Source: the human T2T-CHM13v2.0 reference genome, Homo sapiens. Taken from it: a stretch of DNA of 64,000 nt. The stretch is taken from NCBI RefSeq assembly GCF_009914755.1, contig NC_060947.1; one strand, given 5' to 3'. The notes below the pieces were generated by a model. That model saw nothing but the letters and a program-made list of their open reading frames with translations, did no database searches and had not been told where the DNA came from. This document shows, piece after piece, positions 14,210-24,030 of the stretch. Position 1 is the first letter of the stretch. Every line of letters starts with the position of its first letter. Made by a program: the position numbers and the translations under genes.

Positions 14210-17200
14210 TTAGCCTGTTGACTTAAAGGTAGGAGGATCCCAGTGGCCAGGTAACAATCTGAACTTCCAGTTTAAGGAAATTGTTGTTGTGTCTCCTGGT
14301 GGCAGCATTCCTCCCTCTGGAACTAAGACCTCTAAGCAAGCAGAGCATAATGTTGTGGGAACAGGAAGCAAAAATTTTGCTAGTGGATCGCTAGGGGTGA
14401 TAGCAAGTGGTGCCATTTCCACTTCCACCCCTTGATTCCTGAACTCGTGAATCCTGGCTATGGGAGAAAGAGTGCCATATATTGGACGCTGATTCAGAGC
14501 ATACACAGCCTTCTGGAGAACTGTGTTTCAGCCCTGAAAAGTACTGCCACCCAGTGGTCGTTGTAATTGTGAATTCAAAAGGCCATTCCGCCGTTCTATC
14601 AATCCAGCTGCTTCAAGATGACGGGGAACATGGTAAGACCAGTGAATTCCATGAGCATGAACCCACTGCTGCACTTCTTTAGCCATAAGTGCTTTGGTCA
14701 GAGGCAATGCTGTGTGGAATACCATGACCGTGGATAAGGCATTCCATGAGTCCACGGATGGTAGTCTTGGCAGAAGCATTGTGTGCAGGATAGGCAAACT
14801 CATATCCCTACTAAGTCTCTATTCCAGTGAGGAGAAATCTCTGCCCTTTCCATGATGGAAGAGATTTAATATAATCAACCTGCCACCGGGTAGCTAGCTG
14901 ACCACCCCGAGGAATGGTGCCGTATTGAAGGCTCAGTGTTGATCTCTGCTGCTGGCAAACTGGGCACTCAGCAGTGACCGTAGCCAGGTCAGCCTTGATG
15001 AGTGGTAGTCCATGCTGCTGAGCTCATGCATAACCTCCAGCCCTGCCACCATGGCCACTTTGTTCATGGGCCTATTGGGCTATGAAAGAGGTGGCTGGGG
15101 AAAGAGGCTGGGTGGTGTCCACAGAACAGGTTATCCTGTCCACTTGATTATTAAAATCCTCCTCTGCTGAGGTCACCCGTTGGTGAGCATTCACATGGGA
15201 TACAAATATCTTCACAGTTTTTGACCATTCAGAGAGATCCATTCACATACCTCTTCCTCAAAGTTCTTTGTCACCAATTTTCCAATCATGCTTCTTTCAA
15301 GTCCCTGACCATCCAGCCAAACCATTGGCTACAGCCCATGAATCAGTATATAATTGCACATCTCTCCATTTCTTCTTCCATGCAAAGTGCACAACCAGGT
15401 GCACTGCTCAAAGACCTGTCCACTGGGAAGATTTCCCTTCACCGCTGTCCTTCAGGGATGTCCTAGAAAGGGACTGTAGTGCTGCAGCTGTCCATTTTCG
15501 AGTGGTGCCTGCTTATCGTTCAGATGGTTCACCATCTGTGAACCAGGCCCTAGTTTTCTCTTCCTCTGTCAATTGATCATAAAGAACTCCCAGTGAGGCC
15601 ATCGGTGCAGGCTGGGCAAGAGAAAGCAGGGTGGCAGGAGTGAAGACCATGGGCATTTGAGCCACTTCCTCATGTAACTTACTTGTGCCTTCAGGACCTG
15701 CTCGAGCCTGATCACATATATACCACCTTTATTTGATGATGGAATGCTGCTGTGTGTGACCCACTTTATGGCTAGGTGGGTCAGAAAGCACCCCGTTCAT
15801 GATAGGCAATTCAGGTCACATGGCAACTTGATGACCCATAGTCAAACGCTCAGTTTCCACCAAAGCCCAGTAACAGACCAAGAGCTGTCTCTCAAAAGGA
15901 GAATAGTTATCTGCAGAAGATGGCAGGGCCTTGCTCCAAAATCATAGAGGACTCCACTGTGATTCACCTATGGAGGCCTGCCAGAGGCTCCAAACAGCAT
16001 TCCATTCCTACCTGCCACTGACACCTTAAGCACCATTGGATCTGCTGGGTCATATGGCCCAATTGCCAGAACAGCTTCCACAGCAGTCTGGACCTGTTGC
16101 AAAGCCTTCTCCTGTTATGGACCCCACTCAAAACTGGCAGCCTTTCAGGTCACTTGATAAATGGGCTGGAGTAGCATACCCAAATGAGGAATGTGTTGCC
16201 TCCAAAATCCAAATAGGCCCACTAGGTGTTGTACCTCTTTCTTGGTTGTAGGAGGGGCCAAATGCAGCAGCTTATTCTTTACCTTAGAAGAAATATCTCG
16301 ACAGGCCCCACACCACTGGGCCCCTAGAAATTTTGCTGAGGTAGAGGTTCCCTGAATTTTAGTCAGATTTATTTCCCATCCCCTGGCATTCAAATGTCTC
16401 ACCAATAAGTCCAGTGTGTTCACTACTGCTTGCTCACTGGATCCAATCAGCATAATGTCATCAATGTAATGAACCAGTGTGATATCCTGCAGAAGCTAAA
16501 AGTGATCAAGTTCTCTCTGATAAAATTATGACAAAAAGCATACCCCTGAGGTAGGACAGTAAAGGTATATTGCTGGCCTTGCCAGCTGAAGGAAAATTGC
16601 TTCTGGTGGGTGTTATGGACAGGAATGGAGAAAAACGTATTGGCCAAGTCAATAGCTGCATACCAGGTACCAGGACATGTGTTAATTTGCTCAAGCAGTG
16701 AAACCACATCTGGTAAAGCAGCTGCATTTGGAGTCACCACTTGGTTAAACTTATGATAATCCATTGTCATTCCCCAAGATCAATTTGTCTTTCTCACAGG
16801 CAAGATGGGAGAGTTGAATGGGGATGTGGTAGGAATCACCACTTCTGTGTCTTTCAAGTCTTTGATGGTGGCATGAATCTCCGTAATCCCTCCAGGGATG
16901 TGATATTGATTTTGATTTACTATTTTTCTAGGTAGAGGCAGCTCTAATTGCTTCCATTTGGCCTTTCCTACCATGATAGTCCTTACCCTGACAGTCACGG
17001 AGCTAATGTGGGGATTCTGCCAGCTACTAAGTAGGTCTATGCCAATTATGCATTCTAGCACTGGGGAAATGACCACAGGATGAATCCGGGGACCCACTGG
17101 ACCCACTGTAAGTCAGATCTGAGCTAAAACTCCATTAATTACCTGACCTCCATAAGCCCCTACTTTAACTGGAGGGTCACAATGATGTTTTGAGTCCCCG

Positions 17201-17240
17201 AGATTCAACATCAGCTCAGAGCCAGTGTCCAGTAGTCCCC
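14210..17240 (-). pseudogene. Decayed HERV-L protease / reverse transcriptase / RNase H / integrase / dUTPase-like region
   Basis: GLLDTG at 17221-17238(-). RT fragments TSPFNSPI, DYHKFNQV, AIDLANTFFSIP and TVLPQGY. YIDD at 16457-16468(-). Integrase-like WSYHVP...AAGLIERRNGLL. LEVLVPEGGMLPPGDT at 14210-14506. Many stops and frameshifts. Confidence 0.92.
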
Positions 17241-17465
17241 ATAATGTCTGATCATTTCCCTTTCCCCAATGCAGTTACCCTGGTGAAAGGCTGGAGGTCT
17301 CCTTGGGGGAGGAAGGGAGAAAGATTCACTGCATAAATTGTCAAAAATGTAGTGAGGCCTTCCTCAAGGGGACCCAGCCTCCCCTTCATTCAAGTGGTTC
17401 TGGGTCTGTAAACTGGGTCAAGTCTGGAAATTGATTTAGGGGCTGCTATTCTCTGTTTTTATACT

Positions 17466-18426
17466 TCAAATTAGTCTTTTGTCCATTCGACCTAAAAGTT
17501 TTCTCCTTGTATAAATTAAGTAGGAATGCAGTAGGCTTCCTATCAGTTCACTTCTAGGAACACCATGATTAATTAGCCAATGCCAGAGATCTACATGAGT
17601 CAGACTATTCTGATTGCTGCTTTGTCTCTGCTGTCCATTACGGTAGCCATGGCCACCTTGCCTTTGATGGCTGAGTGCTGCCACTTGGCCCCCACCACCT
17701 TGGGATCCAATTATTCCCATTGTATTTAAATTTTGTAGTTGAGTAACTGTGGTCCCCACTGTTAAATCACACATACAGAGAAGAGCAATTACAGGGCTCT
17801 TCAAAGATGCAGGTGCTGCCCTCACAAATCTATTTCACAAGGCATTGGTCAAGGGTATATCTTCTGGACCCTTTCAGCCGGGATGAGTAGGTCTAAAGTG
17901 ACTAATCCACTCCACCATTCCAATCTCCCTAAGCCTTTGGATCCTTTCCTTTATATTTAACAGAGGGAGATCAGGCATTTCCAGCTCACTCACAGTGGGC
18001 CATCTTTTAATTTTATCTCAGCTAACCAAGTAAACGAGCTATTTGAACCTTTTTTAACTCCCTGAGCTGCAACATTAAATGGCTCAGTACCTGCTTCTGA
18101 AGCCAGGAGACAGAATCACTGATTTCATCATTTTCTTTCATCACTTTGTCCACTAAACTTAGGAGCACCCAACCAGCTTCATTATGTTCCTTGGTTCTCC
18201 ACATATGGTCAAAGATATTATGTACAGAATCACTAAACTCCTTGCCTCTCATGAGTGATGAATCAGGAGTGACAAATGCATTTATTTTGCATAACTTTCT
18301 AAGCAGTTCATACCAATGACTGTCAGTGTTCTTCATACTATTAAAAGTAGAGTCCTTAGCATTTTGGGGTCTAATCATATTGAGCAGCCAACTCCAGAAA
18401 CCCAAAAACCAATGAAAGAACTCCAT
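17466..18426 (-). pseudogene. Decayed HERV-L gag with an apparent internal deletion near 18080
   Basis: ORFs 18022..18426 and 17466..17825 resemble ERV-L Gag (WHWLINHGVPRSE; GQVAALSHQRQGG). Confidence 0.85.
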
Positions 18427-18450
18427 CTGTATTATTCTGTTCCACTAGAA

Positions 18451-18465
18451 CCACTCCTGGTACCA
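18451..18465 (-). promoter_or_regulatory. Primer-binding site, tRNA-Leu type
   Basis: The plus strand reads ccactcctggtacca, matching the 3' end of tRNA-Leu(TAA) plus CCA as I recall it. It lies 5 nt inside the 5' LTR boundary. Confidence 0.85.
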
Positions 18466-18470
18466 AAATC

Positions 18471-18900
18471 TGTATAAGTCAGAGTTCCTTAGAAGGGCAG
18501 AACTAATAGGATATATAGCCTATTAATTTATTAAGTATTAACTTACATGATCACAAGGTCCCACAATATGCTGTCTGCAAGCTTGAGGAGCAAGGAGAGC
18601 CAGTCTGAGTCTAAAAGCTGGAGAACTTTAGTCCGATGTTTGAGGGCAGGAAGCATGCAACTCACAAGAAAGATGTAGGCTGGGAAGCTAGGCCAGTCTC
18701 GCTTTTTCACTTTTTTCTGCCTTCTTTATATTGGCTTGCAGCTGATTAGATTGTGCCCACCAGATTAAGGGTGGGTCTGCCTTCCCCAGCCCAGTGACTA
18801 AAATATTAATCTCCTTTGGCAACACCCTCACAGATACACCCAGGAAGAATTCTTGCATCTTTCAATCTAATCAAGTTGACACTCAGTATTAACCATCACA
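18471..18900 (-). mobile_element. HERV-L 5' LTR (MLT2A1-like), 430 bp
   Basis: Homologous to the 3' LTR, adjacent to the primer-binding site. Contains tgattagattg (18743-18753) and caatctaatca (18863-18873). Confidence 0.93.
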
Positions 18901-19207
18901 GGATCTATTGTTCGAATTTCCTATAGTATGGTGCTATGGAACAGCTACTCTAATTTGGTGTTTCCTTTGGCTCAGTTACAGAGCAGAGTTTTCAGGGCTA
19001 GTGATTGTAGTTGCACCTCTTTCCTTTGTTTCTAGCTGTCCTCAGGGATGTTTCTCCCTTCAGTCCTGATGTTTCCTATGGGGTGAGGCAAACACAGATC
19101 TCCTGCCAGGGAACCCAAGATAACAGGGAATCAGGTTGTCCACCTCAACCTCACTTTTTCCAGTGCAGAAACTATGAGTTGGGGGAAAATTTTCTATGTG
19201 CTTGGTG

Positions 19208-19921
19208 TGTTACATTATGTAGCTAGTCAGACATGAGCAGAGCAGGAGAGGGCTCCACTGCACTCCTCCACATACACCAGGAATGTCATGCGACCACGAG
19301 GTGATAGTCAGGTGGTTGTTAACTGTATCTCTAAAATAATTGGTAACAGTCAGTGCCAGGGAAAGGAAGTCTCCCAATAAACAAAAACACCTGAAACTGG
19401 TGATCGATCAGCAACTTCCTGATAAGATCTCAGGAGTTGGGTGAGTTCACACATGTTCTCTAAGAGGCAAAATGGTGGCGTTCAACTGGTATATTACCTC
19501 CAAGGGACATTCAGCTGGTAAGGGATGAATGCCCAATGTGAGCATGCATACAACTCCAGTAAACACTCTGTGCATCCTCCTCTCTTTAGTGCTGGAAGGC
19601 CACTGTGCAGTGGACATCCCATCTCAAGGGAAGAATCAGGAGAGAAGGAACACAAGACTCTGGAAGTATGCTAGTGCATAAAAACCCCAAGTCAAAAGGT
19701 CAAACCGTGGACTTGTCTTTCAAGTCACTTGCTTGGCCCTCTTTCAAGTGTACATCCCTTCCTTTTATTCTTGCTCTAAAGTTTTGTTGTAAACTTTCAC
19801 TGCTGCTCTAAAATTTGCCTCGGTCTCTTCTTCTGTCTTATGCCCCTCAGTTAAATTATTTCCTCTGAGAAGGCAAGAATTGAGATTGTTGCAGACCCAT
19901 ACAGATTCACTGCCGGTAACA
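19208..19921 (+). mobile_element. 5' LTR, MER50-like
   Basis: TG...CA ends, followed by a degenerate tRNA-His-like primer-binding site. TATA-like cataaaa near 19677. Confidence 0.85.
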
Positions 19922-21891
19922 TATTTAGGTGTCATGTGACTTGGATAACTTCCACTGCTAACATACTTTGATGCTGTGTGACTCAGATACATTCCCTAGT
20001 GGTAACAGATTATTCCTCACCTTCTTTGGCTGCAGGCATTCAAACCCTGTCTATGGTTTTCTTCTCCTTTTCTCTCTGCTGCTTACTAACCAAACCCCTG
20101 AACAAGTCCTCTTGGCCATAAGTGACTCGGGTCCCCCTGGATGATCTCTCAGCTCACCCTAATGGGTGGCTTGCAGGGGTGGGAAGGAACTTGGGGGTCC
20201 ACACCGAGTAGAACTGAGGCACTAATGACCCTCCTGGACAGGAAGTTTGTGAGAGTGGTAAGGCTAAATCCCAAAACCATGCAATGTTTGGGGTTTCCTC
20301 TGCTTTTTCAACTAAAATGGGCTCTTTCCCAAGAACCTGCACTGACTATTTTCCTGTTTTCTCTGTGTGTGTTCAGAAATGGCCTTGTGCACCCACTTTG
20401 AGTGCCACATGACTTCTTAAGCACACACTCCCTGTTATTTGTGTATCTGTGGCTTTTACTGCATTTGTGCAGCAGCAAAGGCATGGGCTCCCTTGTGATA
20501 TTCCTAAGATTTATACTTGTTCTTACTCTACCAGCTCCGATGACCTCCAACTCTTTTCCAGTCGGCTAGTGCATTGCTGGGACAGACACTAATTGGAACC
20601 CTGGCTCTGTCAGCTTCTTATGACTTACCATACGCTTTTCATTCCTGTTATGACCCAGGGCCAAGTTTTCTGGTGGCTCTCGAAGCAGTTTGTCCACCGG
20701 CTTAGGGCCTCACTCTGGCCTTTTAAGGATCCCACCTACTTTTGAGTCATCACCCCTTTGAGAGGAAGAAAAATTCTTTCCTTGCCATTTGTGAGTTCTT
20801 ACCCCAAGCCCTATTTCTCCAGAGGTTACTACTTTATGTCCAGAGGACAAATAAAACTTGCCCACTCAAATCTAAGGGCTACTGTTTTTGCGAGCATTTG
20901 AAGGCTTTCCATGACTATTACTCTTGCTTCCTCCCACTTTCTCCTTTAGCCTCCATTTCTCTAATTCTATGCCCTTCTCAAAATGCATCAAGACCTTCAA
21001 GGTCATATTCAAAGGGAGATAGAAAGGAAGTCCATTCCCCTGTGGTGATTAGATGAAAAATAGCCTTCTTGTCTACTTAAAGAACATGGTAAATGGAAAT
21101 CTGAGAAAAGAGATAATCATTTTGTTACTTGAGTGCTTCAAGTGAAAGTTACCATAAGGTCATGGAGACAAGGATGTAGGCTGGCCCAAGGCCACAGGCA
21201 TGAGAGACCCATAGGACAGAGATGAAGTGTGGTCCCAGGCTAACAGATTACCATTAGAACAGAGATGAAAGATTAGGGTATATGGTAAGACCAGTTCATT
21301 CTGGAACCCCACAGATGAACAGGGGGCCCACTGTTCACTCCAGTGTCTCCTTTGTTCTCAAGTGGGTAATTGTGATGAGATGGGACCAAGGGTGCAGGGT
21401 AAGAATGGTTCATTCCAATATTCTAAGGATGATGAAGGGTGCCCCATTAAGGATAATAGTAAGGTAGAGGAAAAACCTTCTTTTGCCTTTTTTATTTTTT
21501 CTCTTCCATTATTTCTTCACAGATCAGTAATCATGTCTACGTACCACAGGACATGCCCCTCGGATGCATCCCCCAAAACTGGGAAAAGTTTGATATCCCC
21601 AAACCTTAAAACAACAACAACAACAACAACAAAAAACTAGTTTTCATTTTTAATACTGTTTGGCTTAAAAAGGAACAGGGAGAAATTTACAAGTCAGCCT
21701 TGGAACCCAGTACCCCTGAGCAGGAAGTCCTCAAATAAGCCTTTTAAGTCTTTTATAACTGAGAGTAGAATAAAGAGGACAGGACTAAGAAAAAGAAGAA
21801 ACACATCAAAAGGAGGCGGACTCAACTATTGGCTGCTCTGCAAGCCCACCAGCCCCTTCCAGGTTTCCCTAAGGACACTCCTTCAAATAAG

Positions 21892-22210
21892 TGCCATTGA
21901 TGCAGGACGCCAGGCCACTGGAAGGCAAACTGCCCCATTGGGACAAATGGGAAAAAGCCTCATGTGGTGTGCCATCTCTGCCACAAGCTTAGCCACTAGA
22001 ACAGGACTGCCCTGAGGGCTGATGGACCCCAGGACAGAATTCTTTCCCCTGATAACTTTGAGCAGAAGGAGCTCTCTGCTCCAGCTGGCTGTCAAATGAG
22101 ACATTGTCACCAACAAGATAAAGCTGAGGGCAACTCTGGAGGTGGCAAGTAAAATTATAATTTTCCCTTTTGGGTTCAAGAGCTGCCTACTCTGTGCTAA
22201 TCTCCTTCTC
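21892..22210 (+). pseudogene. Gag nucleocapsid (two decayed CCHC knuckles) and protease relic of the MER50-like provirus
   Basis: From 21892 the frame reads C-H-*-C-R-T-P-G-H-W-K-A-N-C. A second knuckle reads C-H-L-C-H-K-L-S-H-*. Then RATLEVASKII...AAYSVL, like a retroviral protease with the DTG motif lost. Confidence 0.75.
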
Positions 22211-22387
22211 TGAACAATTCTCCTTCAAGTCTCGTTGGGCAATCAAAGTAAATGGCATCCCCTCCCTCCAATAGAAAAGATTCACACCCCTTTATATGAC
22301 TTGAGGGACCAATTAACATTCTTTCACCAGTCTCTGGTAATATCTAAATACCTCAAACATCTTTGGGGCAAAAATATGCTTTCCAAG

Positions 22388-24030
22388 TGATATGGTTTGG
22401 CTGTGTCCCCACCCAAACCTCATCTTGAATTGCAGCTCCCATAATTCCCATGTGTTGTGAGAGGGACCTGTTGGGAGGTAACTGAATCATAGGGGTGGAT
22501 CTTTCCCATGCCGTTATCATGATAGTGAATAAGTCTCATGAGATCTGATGATTTTATAAAGGCGACTTTCTCTGCACATGACTTCTTGTCTGCCACCATG
22601 AAAAACATGACTTTTCTCTTCCTTTGCCTTCTGCCATGATTGTGAGGCCTCCCCAGACACGCTAAGCTGTGAGTCAATTACACCTCTTTCCTTTATAAAT
22701 TACCCAGTCTCAGGTATGTCTTTATTAGCAGCATGAGAACACATTAATACAGTAAACTGGTACTGGTAAAGTGGGGTGCTGCTGTAAATATACCCAAAAA
22801 TGTGGAAGCAACTTTAGAACTGGATAACATAGAGAAGTTGGAACAGTTTGGAGGGCTCAGAAGATGACAGAAAAATGTGGGAAAGTTTAGGACTTCCTAG
22901 AGACTTGGAGGGCTCAGAAGACAGAAAGATGTGGGAAACTTTGGAACTTCCTAGAGACTTGCTGAATGGCTTTGACCAAAATGCTGATAGTGATATGGAC
23001 AATGAAGTCCAGGCTGAGGTGGGCTCAGATGGAGTTAAGAAACTTGCTAAGAACTGGAACAAAGGTGACTCTTACTATGTTTTAGCAAAGAGACTGGCAG
23101 GATTTTGCTCCTGTCCTAGAGATCTGTGGAACTTTAAACTTGAGAGAGTTGATTTAGGATATCTGGGGGAGGAAATTTATAAATGGCAAAGTGTTCAAGA
23201 GGTAGTAGAGCATAAAAGTTTGAAAAATTTGCAGCCTGACAATACAGTAGAAAAGAAAACACATTTTCTGGGACAAAATTTAAGCCCGCTGCAGAAATTT
23301 GCATAAGTAACAAGTAGCCGAATGTTAATAACCAAGGGAATGGGGAAAATGTCTCCAGGCCATGTTAGAGACCTTCACAGAAGCCCCTCCCATCAGTCTG
23401 CTGGTTTTATGAACAGGAGTTCCCCTGCACAGGCTCTCCTGCCTGCTGCCATGTAAGATGTGACTTTGCTCCTCCTTTGTCTTTTGCCTTGATTGTGAGG
23501 CCTTCTCAGGTCCAGAGGCCTAGGAGGAAAAAATGGTTTTCTGAGCCAGACTCAGGGCTCCCTTGCTGTGTGCAGTCTAGGGAGTTGGTGCCCTGCATCC
23601 TAGCCCCTCCAGCCATGACTATTGGCTAAAAGGGGCCAAGGTACAGCTCAAGCCATAGCTTCAGAGGGTGCAAGCCCCAAGTCTTGGCAGCTTCCATGTG
23701 GTATTGAGTCTGTGGGTACACAGAAGTCAAGAATTAAGGTTTGGGAACCTCTGCCTAGATTTCAGAGGATGTATGGAAATGCCTGGATGTCCAGGCAGAA
23801 GTTTGCTTCAGGGGCAGGGCCCTCATGGAGAGCATCTGCTAGGTGCAGTGCAGAAGAAAAATCAGGTTGTGAGCCCCCACACAGAGCCCCCAGTGGGGCA
23901 CTGCCTAGTGGAGCTGTGAGAAGAGGGCCACCATCCTCCAGACCCCAGTATGGTAGATCTACTAATAGCCTGCATCACACACCAGAAAAAGCCACTGACA
24001 CTCAACGCCAGTCATGAAAACAGCCAGAGT
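22388..24030 (+). mobile_element. MaLR THE1C-like: 5' LTR (22388-22751) plus 3'-truncated THE1-int
   Basis: LTR tgatatggtttggctgtgtccccaccc...taataca. The internal ORFs 22848..23306 and 23622..24017 are MaLR-int type (LELPRDLLNGFDQNADSDMDNEVQAEV). No 3' LTR is present. Confidence 0.9.

Larger units (their letters stand above)
11547..18900 (-). mobile_element. HERV-L provirus with two MLT2A1-type LTRs (gag-pro-pol-dUTPase, no env; defective)
   Basis: Matching LTRs with TG...CA ends, a perfect 5-bp target duplication GGATC (11542-11546 and 18901-18905), a tRNA-Leu primer-binding site and retroviral protein motifs. Confidence 0.95.

Noticed and set aside
22847-22958. Tandem duplication (~55 bp) in THE1-int giving repeated EGSEDRKMWE...LPRDL
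   Set aside because: I recall this duplication in other THE1-int copies, so it is probably a subfamily trait rather than locus-specific.
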